A DNA stretch of 59,536 bases, the filler included. It is 5 parts of 5 records of this genome, joined end to end, with 100 filler letters (N's around TTAATTAATTAA, not from the genome) between each part and the next. Parts side by side here need not be neighbours in the genome. Positions count along the whole stretch, not along the records: positions 22,137 to 32,336 come from SRR20825019_1303; positions 32,437 to 59,536 come from SRR20825019_1313; 3 more parts are not named here. One strand, given 5' to 3'. Within the stretch, counting starts at the first letter, position 1. Every line of letters begins with the position of its first letter. The notes under the pieces were generated by a model. That model saw only the letters and a list, made by a program, of their open reading frames with translations. It was not told where the DNA came from and did not search any database. Positions 29,751 through 39,246 of the stretch are shown in pieces. The translations under genes were made by a program, and so were the position numbers.

Positions 29751-32336
29751 TTAGAAGTTGTATCTAACAGCAAGGTTCCAAGTTAGACCGTTTCCATAGA
29801 AATAACCGTAGTTATCTTTTTGGCTAATATATTCTTTATCAAATAAGTTATAAATATTACCTCGGATACTAATGTTATCACCTCCGAAATCAAACTTATA
29901 AGTTGCTCCTAAATCAATTAGAGAATAAGCATCTAATTTTTCTGGCTGATAAGTTTCTCCAGCTAATGAACTTGACGCTACATCTTCAACATCAACAAAT
30001 CCATATAGATTTGCATAGTGATTCCAATCAGCATCAACAGTTAGTTTATCCATAATGATATCGTAAGAAGTACCTAAACCAAAGGTAGTTTGTGGTGCTT
30101 GTCCAACTTTAGTTCCTGTTAAATCAACATCAAAACTATCAACTGCTGAATTATCATCGCTATTAATTACATTAACAGGAGAAGATCCATCATATTGCCA
30201 ATCTCCAATTGTAAAATACCCTCTTAACATAAAGCCTAAAGTAGGTCTCCATTTACCATCAATCTCAATACCTTTATGTAACTGACCCACATTTGTAAAT
30301 CTAAATAATGCATTTTCAACATTAGCTTCATCATAGTTACCAGCAAATGCTAAGTATCTGTTATCCCATTTTGTATAGTACCCGTTAATGCTACCTACAA
30401 AATTCCCTTTTTGTAATCTATATCCAGCTTCAAAACTTAAAATCTCTTCGTTATCAACTTTAGGGTCTGCTAACATTGTATTATCATCATAAGAAGGAAA
30501 GATATTATCTAAAAATGGCTGTCTTGAATAATTTCCAGAATTAAAATACAGTGTATTTCCTTCAATAAAAGTCCATGCAGCTCCTCCTTTAAGGTTATAT
30601 CCAGTTCTTTTTACTGTTTCAGATTCTTTAGGGTTATCAAAATCAAAGTTTCCTCTATCCTCTCTTTTATAAGATTGGTTAGAAATAGCTCCTTGAAAAT
30701 AGGCACTAAAAGAATCTTTTGCATACTCTACTTGCCCGAAAGCTCCTTGATAATTAATATTCTCTGAGTAATCGTAATCAATTCTTTGGTCTTTATCTGC
30801 ATAGTTAAATAATGCAGCCCATGGATCTGGATTATACGTTTCTGTAACTACATATCCATCAGGACGTCCACCAATAGCTTCAACACGCCCATCTAAACCT
30901 AATAAATCTGTAATTTGACGGAAGTGATCTCCTTGATAAAAACGAAAATCTGCTCCTACATTAAATTTAAAATTTCTTTGCGTATCATACTCATAATTCA
31001 TTACTGTACCATACCAAGCATGGTTATTCACAGAAGCTCTTAATACTGTACCATTATACCCGTCACTCACTCCACCAGCAATACTTGGGTTATATACATT
31101 CGTTATATAATCCCAATCTATTTGTCCATTATTATATAAATATGCTCCGTCTGTTCTATCGTCACCATTATCTACATAAGAGACTCCATTTCCATAATCT
31201 CCTGTTCCACCACCTCTACCAAAAGAAGCATACACTACTGTAGAAAAGTTAGACTTTTCATTAATTGCCCAGTCCCAGTTAAGGTTCATCACTGGTTTAT
31301 GGTAGTAGTTTCTTCTTAAAGAAAGATACTCTCCATTCTTAAATCCGTAATTGTTGTTGTATTTAATGCCATAACGGTCGTACAATTCCTGATCCTTAGA
31401 AAAATTCTGGTCATGCCATTGCGGAGCACCTGTAAGTAAGAAGTTGAAGTTATGGTTTCCTGCTTGTTTCCCTACAGAAAAGAAATAATTCTGACCTTGA
31501 CCCTTAGTACCGTAAGCATACTTGCTATGTGCTTGCCAGTAATCTACAAGGAAAGAGAATCCCCATCCATTATCACTTAAACCTGTATTATATGCAGCCG
31601 TGGTTTTAAAGAAACTATCATTCCCCGCTATAAATCTAGCAAAACCACCTTCTTGCATGTCTGTAGTTTTAGTTACAATATTTACAGTACCTCCAACAGA
31701 AGAAATGGCTAATTTAGAAGAACCTAAACCTCTTTGGATCTGAACTCCGTTTGCGATGTCAGACATCCCAGACCAGTTAGACCAGTACATTTTTCCATCT
31801 TCCATTCCGTTAATTGGCTGCCCGTTCAAAAGGAAAGCAACATTTGTTTGGTCAAAACCTCTAACAAACATTTGAGAATCTCCAAATCCACCAGATTGAT
31901 TAGAAACATACACTGATGGTGTATTTTTTAAAATTTCAGGAAACTCAACGTTACCAACCGCTTTCGTTTGAATTTCTTCAACACTTACTGTTGATACTGC
32001 AATAGGAGTTTGTCTGTCTCTAGCAAGGTCAATAATACCAGACCCTACTACAACAACGCCTTCTAATTCTTCAGCGTCTGGTTGTAATGTAATTGTTCCG
32101 ATATTAGCAGAACCATTACTTAAAGTAAAAGGAACTTGTTTTGCAACAAATCCAATGTAAGAAACTGTTACAGTTCCAGAATTTTCAGAAACATTTAATG
32201 TAAAGTTACCGTCAAAATCGGTTGAAGTTCCAGAAGTAGAACCTTTTACCATAACATTTGCACCTGGCAGCGGACCACCTTGGCTTCCATCTACTACAGT
32301 TCCGCTAATTGTTCCTTGCGAAAAAGCTGTTGTAGT
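29751..32336 (-). CDS. TonB-dependent receptor, missing only its extreme N-terminus
   Basis: Frame open to the contig end; GTSTDFDGNF domain, plug (RGFDQ..LLNGQP...QIQRGLGSS....GGTVNIVTK) and C-terminal VRYNF. Confidence 0.93.
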   Translation of the reverse strand, partial: TTTAFSQGTISGTVVDGSQGGPLPGANVMVKGSTSGTSTDFDGNFTLNVSENSGTVTVSYIGFVAKQVPFTLSNGSANIGTITLQPDAEELEGVVVVGSGIIDLARDRQTPIAVSTVSVEEIQTKAVGNVEFPEILKNTPSVYVSNQSGGFGDSQMFVRGFDQTNVAFLLNGQPINGMEDGKMYWSNWSGMSDIANGVQIQRGLGSSKLAISSVGGTVNIVTKTTDMQEGGFARFIAGNDSFFKTTAAYNTGLSDNGWGFSFLVDYWQAHSKYAYGTKGQGQNYFFSVGKQAGNHNFNFLLTGAPQWHDQNFSKDQELYDRYGIKYNNNYGFKNGEYLSLRRNYYHKPVMNLNWDWAINEKSNFSTVVYASFGRGGGTGDYGNGVSYVDNGDDRTDGAYLYNNGQIDWDYITNVYNPSIAGGVSDGYNGTVLRASVNNHAWYGTVMNYEYDTQRNFKFNVGADFRFYQGDHFRQITDLLGLDGRVEAIGGRPDGYVVTETYNPDPWAALFNYADKDQRIDYDYSENINYQGAFGQVEYAKDSFSAYFQGAISNQSYKREDRGNFDFDNPKESETVKRTGYNLKGGAAWTFIEGNTLYFNSGNYSRQPFLDNIFPSYDDNTMLADPKVDNEEILSFEAGYRLQKGNFVGSINGYYTKWDNRYLAFAGNYDEANVENALFRFTNVGQLHKGIEIDGKWRPTLGFMLRGYFTIGDWQYDGSSPVNVINSDDNSAVDSFDVDLTGTKVGQAPQTTFGLGTSYDIIMDKLTVDADWNHYANLYGFVDVEDVASSSLAGETYQPEKLDAYSLIDLGATYKFDFGGDNISIRGNIYNLFDKEYISQKDNYGYFYGNGLTWNLAVRYNF

Positions 32337-32436
32337 NNNNNNNNNNNNNNNNNNNNNNNNNNNNNNNNNNNNNNNNNNNNTTAATTAATTAANNNNNNNN
32401 NNNNNNNNNNNNNNNNNNNNNNNNNNNNNNNNNNNN
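32337..32436. other. Artificial contig-joining linker
   Basis: 44 N + TTAATTAATTAA + 44 N. Confidence 0.99.
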
Positions 32437-32950
32437 GGGGGGGGGGGGCGGCCACGGTGCGGTGTCAGGGTTGGAGTCCGTGGCTCGCAGTCCGTCAGTC
32501 CGGCGGCGGCCGGGCGTGCCGTGCTCAGGCCGGCGTCCGCCGGCCGGGGGGCCGCGGCGGGGACGGGGGCCCGCCGGTCACGGCGCCGGCGGCCGGGCGC
32601 GGCCCCCGGCCGGCCACCATGAGTGATGGTGGGCCCGGCCCACTTCAACGGCACCCGGTACCGTACGGGCCGGCGCCGCCCGGCCGCCGGCGCTGGTGAC
32701 GGTCGTGGGCCGTGGTCCACTCGCGCGCCGGGCCGGCGCCTGGCGCCCCGGCCGGTGACTGCCTGGCCGGCGGGGGGGCCGGGCCGTGAACAGGTAGACA
32801 TGAGGCGAACTTGTGCAGTCACTCACACCTGCGACTCCGCCGAACTCCGAGGCGCTCGCGCGCCGCGCCCCCCGGCCGGCCCGGTGGCATCGCATGTCGC
32901 CGTTTAACGGGCGCTCGGCGATGGCGCGGCCCGGCCCTGTGGACGGCCAG
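32437..32950. promoter_or_regulatory. GC-rich island upstream of the CDK gene
   Basis: Begins with poly-G at the contig edge; CCGG/GGCC dense; ends about 110 bp before ATG 33058. Confidence 0.55.
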
Positions 32951-33057
32951 TAGGGTCCCGCCGTTGGTTGGGGGTTTCACTCACGGAGAGTTCACGGCTC
33001 GTGTAACACAAGTAGAAGTAAGGTATTAACAGTTCTTTGCACCGAGTAACCGGACTT

Positions 33058-34582
33058 ATGAGCTTGGATATCAACTTGGACAGGAAGCGCTCGCCCTCTC
33101 CACTTTCGGAGGACGAAGACGCCCTCCGCAAGCGTCTAAACTCTGGTCGCATAGTTAAATATGAAAGCGATGGTAAGCAACCTGAACTTATTTATCCTTG
33201 GGCGTGCTTGTAATCACCTGACGTGCTGGTAAAGGGGATGAGGAAGTCGAAAAGTTTCGGACTTGGAAGTCGTTGGGGCTCCTCTCGAGCTGCAGAAGTG
33301 TTGAGTGCTATAAGCGATTAAATCGTATCGACGAAGGAACTTATGGGGTTGTGTGTAAGTAAACTTGCTCATGTAGCTGTGACTGGCGTCTCACACCGCT
33401 CAGTTCGTGCAAAAGATATAGAGACCGGTGAGCATCACGCTTTGAAGAAGTTGAAGCTTGAACGAGAGACGGAAGGTTTTCCTTTGACAGCGCTTCGTGA
33501 AATCAACATATTGCTTTCTTTGAGGCATCCGAGTATTGTTAATGTGAAAGAGGTAGACATGGTTATGAAGGTTATTCGTCTTAAACTGATCCTTGCTACA
33601 TCAGGTGTGCGTTGGGTCCGACATGAATATGATTTTTATGGTCATGGAGTTTGTGGACCATGATTTCAAGGTAGGGAATATGTGTTTTGGAGATATTATC
33701 TATGTTGACACTAAAATGTCCTATGTGCTCAGGCACTGATGGAGCATATGAAAAACCCTTTTTCACCTGCCGAGGTAAAATGTCTCCTTAAGCAATTGCT
33801 TGAAGGGATGGAGTACCTCCATAAGAACTGGATTGTCCATCGCGATATGAAAACATCGAATTTGCTGTATTCGAACAAGGGTTATCTGAAGATATGTGAC
33901 TTTGGGTTGGCGAGGCATTTTGGGAGCCCACTGCGGGAATACACCCAGGAAGTGGTCACATTGTGGTACAGGTGCGGTGGCTAGCTATTGCATTGCTCAT
34001 CTCATCGAAGCGCACACAGAGCACCGGAACTTCTCCTGGGGGCACGGAAGTACTCCACGGCAATCGATATGTGGTCTGTGGGGTGCATTTTTGCGGAATT
34101 TCTGCAGAAGAAACCGCTGTTTACGGGGCAAGGAGAGCTGGATCAGTTGAAACAGGTTCATTGATGAGCGGCAAGGATGTTCAATTCGTTGACACGATAC
34201 TACAGATATTCTACACATTGGGGACCCCGAGCGAAGAAGACTGGCCCGACCTACCTAGTATGCCTCATGCGTCCAAGGTGAATCTAAAGAATCCGGGGTA
34301 AGCGCGATATCAACAATGACATGTGCTGTGCCCAATGACAATCGTTGTAGACGAAACAGGCTCCGGGAGAAATTCCGCCCTACTGCCGCGTTTGGGGGTG
34401 TGTCTATGTTGACCGACAATGGTGTTGATTTGTTGAACCGAATGCTCACATATGATCCGGCAAAACGCATTACTGCTTCTGAGGCGTTGAAGCACCCGTA
34501 CTTCACACGAGAAGGCCCAGATCCAAAGCCTCTCAGAGAAATGCCGAAATTCCAATCCACGAACGATGGATCAGCCAAGTAA
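33058..34582 (+). CDS. CDK11: Cyclin-dependent kinase of the CDK11/CDKG group, about 8 exons
   Basis: Spliced reading gives [71 protein letters not shown] and [13 protein letters not shown]; short GT-AG introns (e.g. 33173-33234). Confidence 0.88.
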
Positions 34583-34868
34583 GATCGGTACGGTGTTGCG
34601 TGTTCAAGATCACTGAGTCGAATGCCAGGCCCAAGCGCGACACACCGGATGTGCATAGCTTGGAGAGACATATGCTGGAGCAAACCAAGCAGAAGAATGC
34701 CGGGCCCGCCAGTTCCGCGGGATTGTATAGTTCGAATGTGATGAATAGGCGATGATGTCTTTGTATCAGTAGACTGTTTTTACTAGCAAACTCTTCAACA
34801 TCTTTCATGACCCCTTGACAACAGAGAGAAAAAAAAAGAGAGCAATCCTATTTCCATGTACGAGCTGA

Positions 34869-37800
34869 TTACTGGTTTGACACATGATCTTTGATCTTCT
34901 CAAGGCGATTCTCAAGTGATGCCAATTCCTTAACGACCTCAACCCGGCCCGCAGGATGCTGTACCAGCTCCATAAGGTCACCACCATCACCGTCGCCGTC
35001 CCCATCACCGTCGCCGTCCCCATCACCGCCGCCGTCACCATGGTTCTCGACTTTTCCTTCTGCTTCCCTCTTGGCTTGTAGCTCCTTCATCAGCTTCTCA
35101 CGAGCATCCTCCTCATCCATATCATCATTTCCAGTGAGCTGAATGGCGTCTTGATAATACTTCATTGCATCATGACCACCTTTTTTGCGCCTTTCTTCCT
35201 CAGCTGCGATAAACTCCTCAGCACCCTCGTACTTGCCAATGGTTTTGAGGTGTTCCCTGCGTCGCTTGTCCAAATCGCAAAAGAGATCGTAAAAGATAAT
35301 GCCATGCTTTCTATCCTTTTCCGAAGAATCACACGTAAGCTCAAACTTTGGAGTCCAGTCCTCGACTCCGTTACTAATCTCCTCGAGGCGCTCCTGGTGG
35401 TACTCATCCATCGCATTGAAGGTCGGATTTGACGCCAGGATAGCCTTCAAGGCATCCTGATTGTTGTATCGCTGTTGCAGACATTCCGGTCGAGACCAGT
35501 ACTTGGTCAGGAACACAAGGGTTGGATTGTGCTTCCAGATACTGTCTGCGCGTGCCTTAATCATTCGCTTCTGCATAATCTTTTCGTATTCTTCCGTAGT
35601 ACCCATAAGCTCTTTCAGACTATTGGTAAGTACCTGGACACTTTCGTCAGCTTCGGCACCATGCTTCGTCTGCGCCTCGATAAGTTTCTTGATAAGATCT
35701 TGCTTAACAATTTCCATCGCAAACTTGACAGCCTCTTTCTTGACTTGATCGGGGTTATCAATCGAGTTGAAGGGACCACATTCGTATTTCTCCAAGCATT
35801 TCTCCCAGAAGTTGAACGGCTTCATTTTCTCACCCTCTTTCAAATCAGAAGGTGCGTCCCAGCAGGTGTCCTTATCTCTGAACATACGCATAACAGACTG
35901 ATTAACTGTGAGACAAATGTCCTTAAGCTTCATTCCGGGCGTAGGGGTATTCTTTGGGGTACCACACTGAATATCAGAGAAAGTACCAACCTTGGTCACC
36001 TGCGTACGATACAGGTCAAGCCAAGTGGTATCCCCGAAGGCAGCACAGAATTTCTTGCCATCGCTATCGGCGTCCTTGCCCTGGAAGAAGAACTTGCTAC
36101 CCTCGTTCTGCACGTTGGGATTATCCCTCCGAATACGGCGCTGGGTTGCCAGCATGTAGCACAGGCCAACACTTGTCGGGTTGCACGCATTCGAAAACTT
36201 CTTCTGGTAGTCTCCACGGCTGAAAGGCATCCTTGCCTTATAAACAGAGAGGCAGGCTTTGCACTCCTTGAACCGCCCCACCACCATGGAATAAGGGGTT
36301 TTCGCTGGCCTTGGAGCAAAGTTCGCGGCAATTCCAAGCTTGCTAATGTCCGGCACTGGCCCAATCGGCACGGTAAACACCACCTGGAAATCAGCAGCAC
36401 AGCCTGCACATTTGGCGGCTTCACTCGCGGCTTCTGTGCTCGCAACGAGGCTGCTCATCATACGCTTCTTGTCTTCATCTAACTTCGCAAACGTTGGGTC
36501 GTCAATGTTGTCGCCTTTGTAAGGGGTCAGGTCGACTATTTTTGCATTGGCTTTCTTCATCAAGCCTCCCATCACATCACCCATTCCACGTCGCAAGTTG
36601 CTGCCGACAGCGCCTAGCTTCTTAAACATGGCATACCTACTCAAAGCCGCCCCGAGGATCTTGCACAGCCCTCCCAAAATCTTCAGCACAAACTGTACAA
36701 TGGACACCAAAAATTTGACGACCACAGTGACACACTCGGTAGTCGGGCCACAAATCATTGCGAACGAGATCGCTTGTCCCATTACAGGAAAGCTAGCCAA
36801 TTTCACAGTCCAACGCCACTTGATGGCCTTGTTGAAAGTGTGGAAGCTGTCCACAAGGGAGCCGCCCTCAGCTCGGAGATCCTTCTTAAACTCCGCCCAT
36901 TCCCGCTTCACCGCTGATACATCATCCTCATTGGGATCCTCCTTACCAAGAACCCTCGTGCACCCAAGGCCGTGTGTATCTACAAATGCTTCGGCCTCAT
37001 CTTGCTCCATTTCGGCATTCACGTCTCCTCCTTTGTAGCACGAGCAATATCGGCCGCCACTTCCTATAGCTGAGCATTTGTTGTTGTAATCAGTTGCAGC
37101 GATACACACGTCGTCCCCCTTTTTGGCAACGCTAATCTGGAACTTCTCCTTGGTCGCAGCATTACACTTGCAACTTGTCAATCCATCGAGTTCCAAAACC
37201 TTATTTCTAAAGGTTTTAACCAACACTTCCACCTTGTCTTGTGTCACAGCTGCTACCTTCTTGCAGTCAAATCCAGTTCCAAACGTGCACTTTGTCGGCT
37301 TGCATGCCTCCCAATCCTTCTTATCGGCAAGTGCGTTTTCGGGAGCTCCAACAGGAAAAAGAGCCGGGGGTTCGATATTACCAATAATGACCTTGCAGTC
37401 AAGGCCATTACTGTCGAGAGCGAAAGGGGCCTGACTCTTCGATAGCCATGCTTGTCTTTCTCCTGAATCTAACATCTTCCCACTAAAGCACATGCACGGG
37501 GCCTGTTCCTCGATAACAGGGCATCCTTTCCCTGACTCAGCCTTCACAGCCTTCAGGCAAATCGGTTGAATGTTGTTGTCATCATCACGGTCAGCCGGGG
37601 CGTAGTGGACCTCAGCTACCCATTTGGACTTCGACCTTCCGCACATGCAGCTGGAAACACCGGCAATCTGTGCCTTGAGTTCTGCTTTGAAAATGGTAAC
37701 CAACTTGTCCACGACTTTTTTTGAGTATGGTCCGTATGTGTCTTTGTCGCACTTCACTCCGCTAGTTCGCTGAAGTGTACACGTGTCAGCCGTACAGACT

Positions 37801-38573
37801 TCTTTGGAAAAGGTATACGTAGGAGGAGGAGGCGGTGGGGTTGACTGCTCCTCCTCATCAGTGTCACTATCAATGTCGTCCTCAGACTCATCAGATAGGG
37901 GTTTTTCGGTATCAGCGCCGCCTACTTCCATAATCGTGTCCTCAACCACTTCTCCAGAGTCAGGTTCGCCAGACGCAGTCAAGGGGACATCAACGGTAGC
38001 GCACTGCTTCTTATCGGCAGCTCCATCAGCTTTGTTCCCATCAGCTTCCTCCGAAAGTTCTAACGCAACTTGCAGAGCAAGGCGATCGGCTATGTGCCCT
38101 GCGTAGTCGTGCTCACCATCGGGGTTAGACTGAATGTCATGGTGCCCCTGCTTTACCCGGTCAAGGAGCTGACGGGCAAAGGTCCGATCCTTGAACATGT
38201 TCTTGTCAATCGGCACCCTGTCCTTATCAGAAATCTCAGTTCTGGGGTTCATGTGGCCCTTCACTAAGTTCTTCAACATGTCCTTGAACATGTCAAAGTC
38301 TCGATGGCCAGGCATCAGCCCCCCGTCGTAAAACGACTTGTCACTCCACGACTCGGCAATGAGGTCACGAACCTCCGGTTCGTCCTTTGGAATATAACCA
38401 CCCATCGACAATTCCTCCAAAGGATTTTCTTCCGAACCAGCAAATAAAGAGGACAGCGCCCCCTTCATCATTTCCACAGCCCCCTGAGGCTGAAGTGAGT
38501 GATCTTCAAAGGCACTCACCGACCCGACGAGGACCACCATGGCGACAACGACCCAAAGTCGCTTAAACGGCAT
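34869..38573 (-). CDS. Large intronless secreted orphan protein (~1234 aa) with a duplicated Cys-rich domain and a central hydrophobic segment
   Basis: Start set at MPFKRLWVVVAMVVLVGSVSA (signal peptide). The upstream ORF extension looks like a 5'UTR intron (38642-38584). Acidic/poly-Pro linker; C-terminal (GD)n tract. Confidence 0.8.
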   Translation of the reverse strand: MPFKRLWVVVAMVVLVGSVSAFEDHSLQPQGAVEMMKGALSSLFAGSEENPLEELSMGGYIPKDEPEVRDLIAESWSDKSFYDGGLMPGHRDFDMFKDMLKNLVKGHMNPRTEISDKDRVPIDKNMFKDRTFARQLLDRVKQGHHDIQSNPDGEHDYAGHIADRLALQVALELSEEADGNKADGAADKKQCATVDVPLTASGEPDSGEVVEDTIMEVGGADTEKPLSDESEDDIDSDTDEEEQSTPPPPPPTYTFSKEVCTADTCTLQRTSGVKCDKDTYGPYSKKVVDKLVTIFKAELKAQIAGVSSCMCGRSKSKWVAEVHYAPADRDDDNNIQPICLKAVKAESGKGCPVIEEQAPCMCFSGKMLDSGERQAWLSKSQAPFALDSNGLDCKVIIGNIEPPALFPVGAPENALADKKDWEACKPTKCTFGTGFDCKKVAAVTQDKVEVLVKTFRNKVLELDGLTSCKCNAATKEKFQISVAKKGDDVCIAATDYNNKCSAIGSGGRYCSCYKGGDVNAEMEQDEAEAFVDTHGLGCTRVLGKEDPNEDDVSAVKREWAEFKKDLRAEGGSLVDSFHTFNKAIKWRWTVKLASFPVMGQAISFAMICGPTTECVTVVVKFLVSIVQFVLKILGGLCKILGAALSRYAMFKKLGAVGSNLRRGMGDVMGGLMKKANAKIVDLTPYKGDNIDDPTFAKLDEDKKRMMSSLVASTEAASEAAKCAGCAADFQVVFTVPIGPVPDISKLGIAANFAPRPAKTPYSMVVGRFKECKACLSVYKARMPFSRGDYQKKFSNACNPTSVGLCYMLATQRRIRRDNPNVQNEGSKFFFQGKDADSDGKKFCAAFGDTTWLDLYRTQVTKVGTFSDIQCGTPKNTPTPGMKLKDICLTVNQSVMRMFRDKDTCWDAPSDLKEGEKMKPFNFWEKCLEKYECGPFNSIDNPDQVKKEAVKFAMEIVKQDLIKKLIEAQTKHGAEADESVQVLTNSLKELMGTTEEYEKIMQKRMIKARADSIWKHNPTLVFLTKYWSRPECLQQRYNNQDALKAILASNPTFNAMDEYHQERLEEISNGVEDWTPKFELTCDSSEKDRKHGIIFYDLFCDLDKRRREHLKTIGKYEGAEEFIAAEEERRKKGGHDAMKYYQDAIQLTGNDDMDEEDAREKLMKELQAKREAEGKVENHGDGGGDGDGDGDGDGDGDGGDLMELVQHPAGRVEVVKELASLENRLEKIKDHVSNQ
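34980..35040 (-). repeat. In-frame (Gly-Asp)n tract built from an 18-bp unit
   Basis: CCATCACCGTCGCCGTCC repeated about three times; encodes GDGGGDGDGDGDGDGDGDGGD. Confidence 0.8.
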
Positions 38574-39246
38574 AGTGGAGTGCCTGTTACAGAGAAAATG
38601 CATTACTAAGAGAGTGTATGTATGTATTGTGAACACTAAGACCTTGGGGGAACCGGGGAACCGGAGTAGACGAGCGGGCTGTATCCGACTCAGGTCTGAA
38701 GGACAACCCTGGGCTTAGCCCATAGTCGTGTGTCAATCACCCCCGCCCACCCCTCAGACCAGTTCGGTCCCGGGTACGCCCTCCGGCCGCCGTCATCAGT
38801 CGGGCGGGGTCAGTGGTGCCGGCGGTGACTGGTTGGGGGCCGACAGCGGGGGTAGGTTGTTCTTACGCATTTGCTGTATGGGGATAATTCGTTATATACA
38901 GATAACTAATCTGACTTCGAGATTGCGATCTGAAAAACACTTGGGGACTTTCGTTGGGGCTGTCGACCACTGGGTAAGTAATAAACCGACTGGGACCCAA
39001 CCACGGGGGTCGGTGGGGTTGGTCGTCATGCACCCGGTAGCCCCACACTAAACAGCACCGAGCCTTGCACCACCGGCACTCGGTCACTCCTCGGGCTCGT
39101 TGGCCGCCCCCGGGTATCCTGCAGCGCGCAAGTAGGTAGCACGGGTTCCTAGTTGCAGCTTGCTGCTAAATCCCCGCCTCAGGTGCGTTCATATATCTCC
39201 TCCAAGCCATCATGGGAGGCAGACAGGTCCACACAGGAGAGCTGAC

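Noticed and set aside
8881-32436. TTAATTAATTAA repeated four times as a biological repeat or att site
   Set aside because: Always centred in an exact 100-bp N pad; it is a six-frame-stop linker.
14700-32500. Horizontal transfer of bacterial DNA into the eukaryote
   Set aside because: Every bacterial/eukaryotic boundary coincides with an artificial linker.
38640-39200. tRNA or snRNA in the divergent intergenic region
   Set aside because: No cloverleaf, T-loop GTTCRA or recognisable snRNA motif found by eye; a covariance-model scan was not possible.
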